A stretch of 64,000 nt of DNA from an uncultured Poribacteria bacterium (GCA_958296135.2 CATQHZ020000001.1:1472001-1536000); one strand, 5' to 3'. Shown: positions 11,097-20,647, counted from the stretch's first letter. The notes: generated from the sequence alone by a model not told the origin. Made by a program: numbers and translations.

Positions 11097-11178
11097 ATTT
11101 TTAATAGTCTACCACATGCGTACGCGAATTGTCAAGATAAAATTGCAAGGCGACATGTCGTTTTCCCGTGCCCGGTTT

Positions 11179-11208
11179 GTAAGGGCGGATAGAGACATCC
11201 GCCCTTAC
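11179..11208. repeat. REP family C (GGGCGGATAGAGACATCCGCCCTTAC)
   Basis: Near-identical copies at 36017, 46766, 47341 and 53869; degenerate copy at 20693. Confidence 0.85.
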
Positions 11209-11242
11209 GCACTGAGGGAATGTCCCTGCAAATCGGTAGCCC

Positions 11243-11710
11243 CTATTGCAATTTGTCCAACTCGCTTAGCACTGCTTCGGCGCTCAGCGTATTGTTCGGC
11301 GGGGCATCTTCCACGTGTTTGAAAGCGATGTTGCTGTCCTTGTCAATGATAAAGACTCCGCGTGTCGTGATGCCGACTTCCTCTAGTGCCATGCCGAACT
11401 GCTTGGAGATGGCGAGGTTCATGTCGGCGAGGAGCGGGAAATTGACACCACCGAGTGCCTCGCTCCATGCCTTATGCGCGAACGTGGAATCGCGGTTGAT
11501 TGCGATAACTTCGGCCCCTTTCGCTTTGATGGCGGCGAGATTTTCGTTGAAATCCGGCACTTGTTCGGCGCACACCGGCGAGAAAGCGAGCGGATAGAAA
11601 AGCACCACTAAGTTTTGGCCTTCATAGTCGCTTAACGAAACTTCAACGTCTTCATTGTTGAGCGCGCCTGTTAACGTAAACGCTGGCGCAGCACTTCCTA
11701 CTTTTGCCAT
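11243..11710 (-). CDS. Peroxiredoxin (AhpC/TSA, AhpE-like)
   Basis: FYPLAFSPVC peroxidatic motif, RGVFIID; ATG 11710 with GGAGG RBS. Confidence 0.9.
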   Translation of the reverse strand: MAKVGSAAPAFTLTGALNNEDVEVSLSDYEGQNLVVLFYPLAFSPVCAEQVPDFNENLAAIKAKGAEVIAINRDSTFAHKAWSEALGGVNFPLLADMNLAISKQFGMALEEVGITTRGVFIIDKDSNIAFKHVEDAPPNNTLSAEAVLSELDKLQ

Positions 11711-11813
11711 AAATAACCTCCTCATGCTACATTTGGGCTCACCGGAAAGAGCCCATAAAATTCTTAATCTTCATCTGATTCTAACCTGTTTGAGCTCAGC
11801 CGAGCTCAAACGA

Positions 11814-12503
11814 TTACTGCCTTTTTAGAGATGCCCACGAAGTCGCAAGTTTCCCCTGGGGTTCAACCGGTGTGACGGGAGTCATCTCCTGGGTGACGCT
11901 GATATCATCGAAACTGGCTTGCGTATCCCATGTCCAAACCCCCACCGTCCCCGTGGGATAAGTGCTATCTGTGAAGACACCTTGTTGGATGCCGTTAATG
12001 GCCACGGCTATCCGGTCGCCTTCAACTTGCACGCTCAGGATAAACCATTCCTGTTTGGTGATTGTAAGGCCGATCGGTTCGATGTTGTGCTCGATTTCGT
12101 CGCGCCCCTCGAACCCGTCTTTAAACGCGGTGCTGCGGCGATGCCGCCACAGTTCCGATTTGTTCTCTTTCGGGCACAGGAGATACACGTAGTATTCAAA
12201 CTCATTCTGTGCGCGAAAGACGATGCCTGCCCAATGCCCTGCTTCGATGCGCACTTTCGCTGAGAGCCCATGGTCGGTCCACGGTTCGCTGTCTACCACC
12301 AATGCGTGCATGGCTTCGCCCCAGCGCGTCGTCTGCTTATAGACACCGTCCTGCACCTTCCAGGTGCCGTTGGAGGCTACCCAGTCGGCGGTGGCATCGT
12401 CAAATGTCCAGCGTGTTTCTTCTGCCGCGCCAAGCGATGCGAATACGAGAAGTAGTGAAAGTGGGATGAAAGCCTGCATGCGGCAGGTGAACAGTAGTGC
12501 CAT
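11814..12503 (-). CDS. Secreted DUF1080/ConA-like beta-sandwich protein with C-terminal KLATSWASLK motif
   Basis: Signal peptide, GTWKVQDG, AGIVFR, GTVGVW..FDDISV; ends VEPQGKLATSWASLK. Confidence 0.7.
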   Translation of the reverse strand: MALLFTCRMQAFIPLSLLLVFASLGAAEETRWTFDDATADWVASNGTWKVQDGVYKQTTRWGEAMHALVVDSEPWTDHGLSAKVRIEAGHWAGIVFRAQNEFEYYVYLLCPKENKSELWRHRRSTAFKDGFEGRDEIEHNIEPIGLTITKQEWFILSVQVEGDRIAVAINGIQQGVFTDSTYPTGTVGVWTWDTQASFDDISVTQEMTPVTPVEPQGKLATSWASLKRQ

Positions 12504-12531
12504 GAGACATTTCGTTATGTCCAGGGCTCCG

Positions 12532-12601
12532 GTAGGCTCGGTTTGAAAGCGTCTACGGTGTCGCCCTGGTTGGGGTAGGCGCGGTTTTTAGCCGCGCCTA
12601 C
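12532..12601. repeat. Two REP family B hairpins (GTAGGCGCGGTTT..CCGCGCCTAC)
   Basis: Palindromes related to copies at 20648, 26125, 54913 and 56698. Confidence 0.8.
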
Positions 12602-12614
12602 GGTACTGTGCACG

Positions 12615-13376
12615 TTACTTCGCTTTTAGTGATGCCCACTGGGTGGCGAGTTTCCCCTGCGGGTCCACCGAGAGCGTCCCGATTTCTAGGCTCTGGATCT
12701 CTTTCTCTGTCAGCGCGACCCCGTAAATTCGGGATTCCTCGATGTGCGCGTTCAGATCGCCGGGGCCGCCGAGGCCGTCGGTGTGCCGCTTGCCCCAAAT
12801 CGCTTCAGCATCGCCGGTGGGCCAGGTCTTGAGTTCACCTTTGGTATAGCTGCCGAGGCTTTCGCCGTTGCGGTATCCCGTAACCTCGTAATTCCCGCCG
12901 TCATTTTTGTACGTGACGGCTAAGAAAATCATCTCGCCTTCCTTCTTTTCGTTAACGGCTTTCGGGAAATCTTCGGTGCGGTGAAACCAGCTGCTGCCGG
13001 ACATCCACTGATTCGGTTGGCGTTCGGCATAGACGAGTCCGTTAAACTGGTCTTCGGTTTCCTTGTCAAGCGTCAGCGCGGAGCCCGCGGTTGCGGCGAG
13101 GTCGTCCAACGCTACCCACGACATCAAGGTTTTCTCTTCAATATCGGGACCGCCATACTCGAGGGCGTGTGCCCATTTCCCGGTCTCGACAATCAGTTGT
13201 CCGTCCTTGAGTTCGGCACCGTGAAGGGCTACGTCATCCCAGTTGCCCATCTCGTCTTTCTCGCTATCAAAGAGCCACCATCCGAGCAGGTGTTCTTCTT
13301 GCGCGTTTTGCGCGAACGCCGCTAGGGAGAAGCTCAGCATCAGCAGTGCCGCGCATACAGCATAGGCTGTTCTCAT
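12615..13376 (-). CDS. Secreted LamG/ConA-like jellyroll protein with C-terminal KLATQWASLK motif
   Basis: Signal peptide (AAFA), LLGWWLFD, IEESRIYGVALT LamG-type ending; ATG 13376 with GAGG RBS. Confidence 0.75.
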   Translation of the reverse strand: MRTAYAVCAALLMLSFSLAAFAQNAQEEHLLGWWLFDSEKDEMGNWDDVALHGAELKDGQLIVETGKWAHALEYGGPDIEEKTLMSWVALDDLAATAGSALTLDKETEDQFNGLVYAERQPNQWMSGSSWFHRTEDFPKAVNEKKEGEMIFLAVTYKNDGGNYEVTGYRNGESLGSYTKGELKTWPTGDAEAIWGKRHTDGLGGPGDLNAHIEESRIYGVALTEKEIQSLEIGTLSVDPQGKLATQWASLKAK

Positions 13377-13558
13377 TGTCCTTTTCCTCCTCAACTTTCG
13401 TTGTTTCGGTTTGGCAATTTCATATCGCAAGTTACGATATACAGGTTACATATATTATATCATATTTTACGTTAAATGTCAAATATTTTTCACAAACGCG
13501 TTTAATATCCAATTACGTTGATGTGTCAGGTGTATTTACGGCGGAGATGCGCCGGCCT

Positions 13559-13621
13559 CGTAGTCATGGCGAGGGAAACCCTCGGCGATTCGCGCTCGCT
13601 GGGTTTTCCCTCGCGCTACGG
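13559..13621. repeat. REP family A long hairpin; contains the stop codon of the R-M gene
   Basis: GGCGAGGGAAACCCTCGGCGA...CCCTCGCGCTACGG. Confidence 0.8.
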
Positions 13622-16600
13622 GCCCCGGAATTTGTCAGGTAACGCCTCAATAATCTTCAACGTCTCCAAACTGACGGTGATGACTGAACCGATGAGGTTC
13701 ACGATATACCGCGGCTTCTCCGCATCGCTCGGGTCGTTCACAATCCCACTCCTCGGGTCTGACTTGACTCGATACTGGTTCACTACCCACTCTAACGCCG
13801 AATACTGTCCCAACCGATACGCTAAAGCCTCCTGTGGAATCCCCTCCAACGTCAAAAATTGGTTATAGATGAGTTGTGTCTTGTCTTTGGATAACTTCAT
13901 CCGTTTGACGCGGAAATCAAGTTGCTTCGTCGCGTTTTCCACGAAGGTAAGCGGGTACTGCGGTTGTGTCTCATAATGAACGTGGAGTTCGGCGAGCTGC
14001 GCGCCGGCATCGGCAAATGCCCGGAAATCCTCGGCATAGGGAAGGTGCGGTAAATCGCGCTTGAGATCGGCGGTGTAACGTTCGCGATAGTCCGGATGGT
14101 GCAGGATGCCGTAGGTATAGTTGAAAATATCCCACTTCGTGAGGGTGTCGTCGCCGTAGTGCGCGCGGAAGTTTTCTAGTGCCCAATCGGTGATGTTTTC
14201 TCGGCGGTTGGTGCCGTCTTCGTCGTAAATGTAGAAGGGAAAGCACTGGTTGGCATCAAGCGTAATGAGTGCTGTATTCGGGATGACATTTGTCACACAA
14301 CACCAAAACGGCGCGCGGCCACCAGGACCAGGTACACAAATTACGCGATTCTCTCCTTCGGTTTCTGGATTCGGAAAGGTAATCGGGAAGATGGATTTTC
14401 GGTGCGTGAGGACGTTGTCAAAAAATAGGTTCGTTTTCGTAAAGGGACGAAAGAGGGCCCGGCGAATTTTTGATGGCGAAAATTCGGCGCGTTGTCCGCT
14501 CACCAATTTCTGTTTTAGCCCTGAGCTCCACTTGATTTTGGCGTTATCGTCTACGACAAAGTCATCGACGTGTGCGCGGGAGACTTCGGGTGTGCCCTGC
14601 CACCTGAGCATCTCCATATTGTAAGTGTCAATGGTGCATTTGACCTTTTCGGTGAGCGTAGTTCGGTTAAAATTGTAGAGCCAGGCATCTCTCGCGGTCT
14701 GGCATCCTATGCCGTATTGATGGAAAATGGCACCGGAGACTTCGCCTTTGCTTTTTTTCGCTGTCTGACTTCCGATTGGGATGAAGGTGTCAAAGTCTGC
14801 CTGAAGCCCTTCGGTGAGCCAGGTGTGCCGTTTATCGGGTTGAAGCGTTTGCCACTCGATGTTGCCAACGTGTTCGGTTTGCGCGAGGAACTCGAATTTC
14901 TTGCTTTTGTTCCACGTGTCGTCAGTGCGGTAGTAGAAGATGCGCGCTGTCGGGGCTGGGAGGGTTTTCCTATCGGAGGTTGTCGAGACCGGGAGGCCTC
15001 TCCTACTGGAAGTTGTCGGGGCTGAGAGGTCCCTCCTACTGGAAATCGAGACCGGGAGGTCTCTCCTACTGGAAGTCGGGGCTGGGAGGTCTCTCCTACA
15101 GGGGTTTTTGACGAACAGATTGATGCTCACGCCGACTTGGATGCTGAACACGTTCGCGTTGGAGGCGAGTTTGTCTTTCCGTGCGTTTCCACCCAGGTCG
15201 AGGAGCCAGAGCGCGTCAAACTCTTCGGCGAGATGTTTGCGCATGCCATCAAACGACGTGCTGTCCAGGAAGCTGCGATTCGTCACGAGTGCGATGATGC
15301 CTTCTTCCCCAATCCGGTCTGCTGCCCATCGGATTGCTTTGACGTAAGCGTCGCCCAATGCTTTCTTGGTTGATGCAGCCGAGGCCTGCGAGTAGGTTTC
15401 TTGGACCCGCTTGTTTAGTGCTGGGTATTTCTGATTTTTGTTGTTATCGTTCTCATTCTTCTGCCCGACGTTATAGGGCGGATTTCCGATGACGATAAAC
15501 ATCGGTGCTGCCTTCTGCTTCTCGACGCGCTCGGTATTTTCGATGGTTAATAGCGATATCTGCCGGTCTTCCGCCAAATCGAACGTGTCCACGAGGGAGA
15601 TGCCTTTGAAGGGGAGGTATTCTGTCGTGGTATCGTAAAACTCGTGTTCAATGTTAAGGCTGGCGATGTAGTAGGGCAATAACAAGACTTCGTTGCACCA
15701 GATTTCTGAGCGGTATTTCGCCTCAAGTTTCGTTTTGGGGATTTCGCGCATGAGCCGCACGATGAAGTTTCCTGTGCCGACAAACGCATCGATGATGTGA
15801 ACGCCTTCATCGGCGAGGGAGCGTCCGAATTCGGTTTTGAGGAGCTGTTCAACGCTCTTCACCATGAAATCGACAATCGGCTGCGGGGTGTAGACGATGC
15901 CGTGCGTGTCTGCCTTTTTGATGGAGAAGCCTTGGAAAAATTGTTCGTAGACGGTATTGAGGAAGTGCTGTTTCTGCGCGAAGTCAACGAGCGTTGCTGC
16001 CTCGCGTTCGATGGCGCGGTAGAACCGGTCGAGTTTTTGAAGGAACACGCCGCGGCTGAACGCCTTGGATGCGAGTGCATCGATGACCTTCTCGATTTCG
16101 CGTGCGATGACGTTGCGCCGCGTAAAATCGGGCGTGTTAAAAACGGTGCGGAAGGTGCGTTCTGTCAAGAGGTGCTGGATGAGCATTTCCTCCACGGCTG
16201 CCTTGGAGAGGTTTGGGTTAATAGCGGCTTGGCAGAGTTGATGGAAATCGGCGAACGCTGTCTGGAATTGTGTGTTGGTTCGGTGTTGCTTCTTGATGAG
16301 TTCCTGCGCTTCGCGTCCGAGTTCTGGCACACGCACTTTAAATTCAGCGACAGCGGCTTCCCATTCGGCGGCGTTTTCGCGTTCGTAGGAAAAGAATGCT
16401 TCTAGCACGGAGACAAGCGTGCTCGGTTCAGTGATGTTTTCGTCAAGGACGAGGTGTCCGTTCTGATATAAAATGGCGCGTTCGGGGGTTTGGAAGAGGA
16501 TGTTGTCCTGGGGGTAGCCGGCGTTGAATTTCTTTTCGATTTCGGCGCGGAGATTGCCCTTGACACCTTTCGCTTCCCAGGTGCCGCGGGGTAGGCTGTG

Positions 16601-16828
16601 TTCGTCAAGCATCGCGCCATCGAGACGGAGAGGGTTTCTGCCGGGGATGCGGAGCGTGTATTCGCAGATAAGCGTCCAGTCGCGTTGTCGCGCGCATGTG
16701 TCCAAAAGTGCTTGAAAGGCGGCGCGGACGGCAGTTTCGTGGGTTACGCCGTGTTGTTGATACCTGTCGAGGGCGGCGTAATAGGCGGTTATGGATTTGT
16801 GGTTTGGTTTTATGTTAAGTGTTGGCAT
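13616..16828 (-). CDS. Single-polypeptide Type IIG-like restriction-modification enzyme (nuclease + N6-MTase + LlaBIII-type C-terminal specificity domain, no helicase)
   Basis: N-terminal DG...WEAK PD-(D/E)XK motif, GIVYTP, DAFVGTG SAM motif, IGNPPY, RRENITDWAL/DPRSGIVND type ISP C-terminus. Confidence 0.88.
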   Translation of the reverse strand: MPTLNIKPNHKSITAYYAALDRYQQHGVTHETAVRAAFQALLDTCARQRDWTLICEYTLRIPGRNPLRLDGAMLDEHSLPRGTWEAKGVKGNLRAEIEKKFNAGYPQDNILFQTPERAILYQNGHLVLDENITEPSTLVSVLEAFFSYERENAAEWEAAVAEFKVRVPELGREAQELIKKQHRTNTQFQTAFADFHQLCQAAINPNLSKAAVEEMLIQHLLTERTFRTVFNTPDFTRRNVIAREIEKVIDALASKAFSRGVFLQKLDRFYRAIEREAATLVDFAQKQHFLNTVYEQFFQGFSIKKADTHGIVYTPQPIVDFMVKSVEQLLKTEFGRSLADEGVHIIDAFVGTGNFIVRLMREIPKTKLEAKYRSEIWCNEVLLLPYYIASLNIEHEFYDTTTEYLPFKGISLVDTFDLAEDRQISLLTIENTERVEKQKAAPMFIVIGNPPYNVGQKNENDNNKNQKYPALNKRVQETYSQASAASTKKALGDAYVKAIRWAADRIGEEGIIALVTNRSFLDSTSFDGMRKHLAEEFDALWLLDLGGNARKDKLASNANVFSIQVGVSINLFVKNPCRRDLPAPTSSRRDLPVSISSRRDLSAPTTSSRRGLPVSTTSDRKTLPAPTARIFYYRTDDTWNKSKKFEFLAQTEHVGNIEWQTLQPDKRHTWLTEGLQADFDTFIPIGSQTAKKSKGEVSGAIFHQYGIGCQTARDAWLYNFNRTTLTEKVKCTIDTYNMEMLRWQGTPEVSRAHVDDFVVDDNAKIKWSSGLKQKLVSGQRAEFSPSKIRRALFRPFTKTNLFFDNVLTHRKSIFPITFPNPETEGENRVICVPGPGGRAPFWCCVTNVIPNTALITLDANQCFPFYIYDEDGTNRRENITDWALENFRAHYGDDTLTKWDIFNYTYGILHHPDYRERYTADLKRDLPHLPYAEDFRAFADAGAQLAELHVHYETQPQYPLTFVENATKQLDFRVKRMKLSKDKTQLIYNQFLTLEGIPQEALAYRLGQYSALEWVVNQYRVKSDPRSGIVNDPSDAEKPRYIVNLIGSVITVSLETLKIIEALPDKFRGP
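14948..15102. repeat. Five tandem REP family D units (about 30-33 nt) in frame within the R-M gene
   Basis: Alternating TCGGGGCTGGGAGG..CCTAC and TCGAGACCGGGAGG..CCTAC units; same motif is intergenic at about 29607. Confidence 0.88.
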
Positions 16829-16834
16829 GCTGTT

Positions 16835-16864
16835 AGTATACCTTAAGTTTACAATACGTTGCAA
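16835..16864 (-). promoter_or_regulatory. Sigma70 promoter of the R-M gene (probably leaderless mRNA)
   Basis: TTGCAA-N18-TATACT, ATG 6 nt downstream, no SD. Confidence 0.55.
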
Positions 16865-16890
16865 GTTAAAATTTTTGTGCTGAAAAGGTT

Positions 16891-16919
16891 TTGACATTTG
16901 CCGCGAGTTATGCTATAAT
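16891..16919 (+). promoter_or_regulatory. Consensus sigma70 promoter of the PIN gene
   Basis: TTGACA-N17-TATAAT with extended TG. Confidence 0.8.
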
Positions 16920-17006
16920 TTCTATGAGGAACAACGGACTGGAAGTTTGCAATACATTCCATCAGGCATTTCGGAATTTAGCCCGATTTGAAAAAAAAGG
17001 AATTTT

Positions 17007-17735
17007 ATGTTAACCTATACTGTGGCAAACCTGCTTATCTATCTTGATACGACGGTTGTTAGTTATTTCGCGGCGGACCTCAGCGATAACCCGCAAGTAG
17101 CCTTGTGGCAACGGGAGAGCCGCCGTTTTTGGAACGACTATCAAGACAGATTTGATTTTGTGGTTTCTGACACGGTGATTACTGAAGCGGGCCGCGGCAA
17201 CGTAGCGAAAGCGCAACGTCGACTTGATGCGCTGGCCCATCTCCGCATCTTACCTATGACTTCGTCGGCTCGTGTGCTCGCTCAGAACCTGATCGCCGCA
17301 CGCGCAATGCCAGAAAACTTGCATGCGGACGCGGAACATATCGCTATTGCCACCGTCCATGGTGTTGCATACCTCGTGTCGTGGAACCACAAACATCTCG
17401 TGAATGAAAACCAGTTGCGGCAGATTAACCGCGTCGTTGCGGCAGCAGGCTTTCGTCCTGTTACCATCTGCACGCCGACAACCTTCATGGAGGAATTTAT
17501 TATGAAAGAACCAGTTGGAAAGTGTTATCTCCCCGGCTTCGATCCGGAGACTTACACGGACCCGATTCTTGAAGAATGCTATGAGATAAAACGCGAGCTC
17601 AACGCTGAGTTCAAAAGCCTTGACGAGTTCCACGACTATTTGGTAGCGCATGAGATAGAACAGCGGAAGAAGGGCCGGAAATATCTCCCGGTTCCGCCGA
17701 ACTTGGCTCGGTATCCGCACCAAGAGGATGACTAA
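17007..17735 (+). CDS. PIN-domain (VapC-like) toxin fused in frame to its putative antitoxin
   Basis: IYLDTTV, DAEHIAIA, LVSWNHKHLVN, ICTP; C-terminal DPILEECYEIKREL module with internal GGAGG-N8-ATG at 17502. Confidence 0.8.
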   Translation: MLTYTVANLLIYLDTTVVSYFAADLSDNPQVALWQRESRRFWNDYQDRFDFVVSDTVITEAGRGNVAKAQRRLDALAHLRILPMTSSARVLAQNLIAARAMPENLHADAEHIAIATVHGVAYLVSWNHKHLVNENQLRQINRVVAAAGFRPVTICTPTTFMEEFIMKEPVGKCYLPGFDPETYTDPILEECYEIKRELNAEFKSLDEFHDYLVAHEIEQRKKGRKYLPVPPNLARYPHQEDD

Positions 17736-17755
17736 TCCTGCAAACGGAGGGAAGC

Positions 17756-20641
17756 GTGAAACGATTGCTGCTATTTCTGCTGATGCTGTGCATCGGTGTC
17801 TATTCGTCTGCATCTTTCTCACAGACACGTTCGGTTCAAACCGCGCAGGCCCGCGAGCCGGCTCGGCTTACCGGCAAGGTAATCTGGCCGGGCCACGATG
17901 TGTCCCATGCAAGCGTGTCTGTCTATCGGGATGAAGGGCTCACGCAACCTTACCTCAGTGGTATCCCGCAGCGTAGCGATGGGTATTTCTCTCTCAGTGT
18001 AGAAGCTGGGCGGTATTACCTCGTCGCGTATGTGGATGTGGACAAGTCCGGTCGTTTCGGTGCTGGCGATGGGTTCGGCATCTTCGGTGTCACGCAGTGG
18101 ACAGACACCTCACAAAACTACCAGGTAGTTGAGGTGCGTGAAGGACAAAGGGTTCAGGGACTTAACATCCCGATAACTGCCCGTGCCCAACTGGAAGATG
18201 GCGCGGTTAAAATTGTGCCTGTGTCGCAATATCGGCCCAGCGAAGACCAGGAGTTTCAAACGGCATTAAGCAAAGCGACAAGTGGCTGCCGTGGTAGGCT
18301 CATATTGGGAGATGCCTCCGATTCGGCGATTGATTTGTCGGGGCGTCGCGCCTTAATTCTCGCCTATACCGATTTATCGTGGAAATATCGCGCGGGCATC
18401 GCGCCGGTAGCCTCTTCCGGTGATTGGGCACTCAACTTGGCCCCTGGGAAGTATTACCTCATGGCGATTCTGGATAACAACGGTACGAATAGCCTGGATG
18501 CCGGTGACAATTTCGGGTTCTACGGGGTTGAAAATATGCGGGGACGCGGCGCGATTCCGCAGCCTGTGCTGGTTTCGGCCAACAAGTTCACCGAGAATCT
18601 GGCGATAGCCATTACCGCTACGTATGATGCTGTCCGCAAGAACGAGCGGTATCAGGCGATGCTTGCAGCGGGTGTGCCCATAACCGTCACCGGCACGGTA
18701 TCGCCGTCGCAATCGGCACCGGTGCGTATTCACGCCTATGCCGACACGGCCTTCGTTACACCGCTTGCTAGTGCCGAGACTGATGAGAGTGGGACGTTTC
18801 GCTTCAAACTGCCGCCCGGTGACTACTACCTCATCGCTACGCTGGATGCCGATGAAAATGGCAGATACAGCGAGGGCGACGGATTGGGTGGCTACGGGAC
18901 GATGGACATCACGGCGCAACGGCCTACGGCGTTAGTGCTGTCGGAAGGCGAATCCGAGCGCGCCGTGGACATCCTCATCAGCGCGCGCTACGATGCGAAG
19001 GGGCAGCTCCACGCCGAGCTGCCGGGCATTGAGACAGATATTGAACAGGGCGGCATTGCCGGCCGAATCACGTTTGATGGAAAGCCGCCTGTCTCCGGGC
19101 GCGCTTCCAGAGCGCGCCTACTTAAAAATGCAGAAGTGCAAGATGTGACAACGTCACTTCGGACAGAGGTTCAAGGTGTCCTAAGCCTTGCCTATACCCC
19201 GGATTTCCAGTCGCCGGTTCCGATGCCTATCATGCTGACGGACGCTGGAACGTATCATGTCAACGTGCTACCTGGGCGTTACTACGTGATGGCTGTTATC
19301 GACAGGAACGGCGATGGGAACATCGGCATCGCGGATGGCGTTGGGCTTTACGGCACCCGCTTCCCTGTGCGCGGTGAGCCTACGCCGGTCATCGTCTATC
19401 CTGGCCGCACGACATCACACATTGATATTGAGATGTTCGCAACCTACATTGACGAAAAGGGCACGATGGCAGAAATTGAGGATGGCGGCCGTTGGGAGAT
19501 GCGGAGACGTTACGGACAACCGGAGGATGTTTTCAGATTCACTCGCAATGGGCAGCAATACGAGGAGTGGAAATATTGGGCGCGGGGCATCGGATTCCTA
19601 TGGCAGGCGGATGGCACAGGCTGGGATTTCGTTGGGGGTGAAGAGTTTAAGCCGAAAAAAGCGGCACTTGCTGACGAGGGCGAGGGGCTGCATGGCGATG
19701 TGGCAAGCAATCCGACAGAACCGATGCGCAGCGGCGAGGGGATAGCAGTTTCAGGCTTTCCATTGGCAGAACGGCACCTCATCTATTTTGCGTATGACAA
19801 CGTCGTCTGGCACCTTTCCGCCGTTGCTGGGTTGGTGGCGTTAGGTGCCGGCACTCACCCCACGGTTGCCAGCGATGGTGCCCTGCTCTATCAGGCTCCA
19901 GAGGGCTCTATTGTCTTCCACGATAACGCCGCGCCGAAAGGGCGCGTGGTGCTGCACGCGCGGGCGATGGCACGCGATGCCGCCCTCTCGCCGGATGCGA
20001 ACTATATCGCCTACATCCGCACCGAGTTTGGGAATCGCAGCCGCGTCGTCATTCGGCACATTCGGAGTCAGGAGGAGTTTATTGTCCCTTCCACGGCGCA
20101 GCACAGTTTCACGCCCGCGTGGAATGCGGATGGAACACTGCTCGCCTACGTCACAGAAGAAACGGTTGAAAGTTCACCAGAAATGCGAGACTTGACAACG
20201 CCAAGTCTGCCTGCTAAGACAGAGCGACATCCCCCGGTAGCAGCCAGACAACCGCTAGGAAATACAGCCAATATTTACGCCTTCGACCGGGTGAGAAACA
20301 GCGTTGAGCCGATTGTCGTCTCCCCACATGCCGATACGGAACCCACCTGGTCTTCATCAAATCCGAATCAGCTCGCCTTCACCCGAACTGCAGGGGCAGA
20401 TGGGATGCCACAGATTTGGCTCGTCACCTATTCTGGTACCGGTGTGCCGACAGAACAACAGTTGACGCAGCGCGGCGGTGGCCATCCGGTGTGGATGTCC
20501 CCCGAGGGCCGCTGGATTTTGTATGAAAACAACGGACAGCTCTGGACAATTGATACGCTGAGCCCCGAAACTAGCGAGATGCCGCTGCTGCATAACGGAC
20601 AGGTGGTATTCGGGCATCAGCCGGCTGTTGTTAGCCGTTAA
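17756..20641 (+). CDS. Large secreted protein: four beta-sandwich repeats with DxDxxG Ca-binding loops plus C-terminal TolB-like propeller
   Basis: Signal peptide; four G(R/K/D)YY(L/V)xAxxDxx(x)GxxxxxDxxGxxG repeats; PAWNADG/PTWSS/PVWMSP PD40 motifs. Confidence 0.72.
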   Translation: MKRLLLFLLMLCIGVYSSASFSQTRSVQTAQAREPARLTGKVIWPGHDVSHASVSVYRDEGLTQPYLSGIPQRSDGYFSLSVEAGRYYLVAYVDVDKSGRFGAGDGFGIFGVTQWTDTSQNYQVVEVREGQRVQGLNIPITARAQLEDGAVKIVPVSQYRPSEDQEFQTALSKATSGCRGRLILGDASDSAIDLSGRRALILAYTDLSWKYRAGIAPVASSGDWALNLAPGKYYLMAILDNNGTNSLDAGDNFGFYGVENMRGRGAIPQPVLVSANKFTENLAIAITATYDAVRKNERYQAMLAAGVPITVTGTVSPSQSAPVRIHAYADTAFVTPLASAETDESGTFRFKLPPGDYYLIATLDADENGRYSEGDGLGGYGTMDITAQRPTALVLSEGESERAVDILISARYDAKGQLHAELPGIETDIEQGGIAGRITFDGKPPVSGRASRARLLKNAEVQDVTTSLRTEVQGVLSLAYTPDFQSPVPMPIMLTDAGTYHVNVLPGRYYVMAVIDRNGDGNIGIADGVGLYGTRFPVRGEPTPVIVYPGRTTSHIDIEMFATYIDEKGTMAEIEDGGRWEMRRRYGQPEDVFRFTRNGQQYEEWKYWARGIGFLWQADGTGWDFVGGEEFKPKKAALADEGEGLHGDVASNPTEPMRSGEGIAVSGFPLAERHLIYFAYDNVVWHLSAVAGLVALGAGTHPTVASDGALLYQAPEGSIVFHDNAAPKGRVVLHARAMARDAALSPDANYIAYIRTEFGNRSRVVIRHIRSQEEFIVPSTAQHSFTPAWNADGTLLAYVTEETVESSPEMRDLTTPSLPAKTERHPPVAARQPLGNTANIYAFDRVRNSVEPIVVSPHADTEPTWSSSNPNQLAFTRTAGADGMPQIWLVTYSGTGVPTEQQLTQRGGGHPVWMSPEGRWILYENNGQLWTIDTLSPETSEMPLLHNGQVVFGHQPAVVSR

Positions 20642-20647
20642 TGTTCC

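Noticed and set aside
14948-15102. Possible mini-CRISPR or frameshifting phase-variation tract
   Set aside because: No spacers, and the units preserve the reading frame; REP family D.
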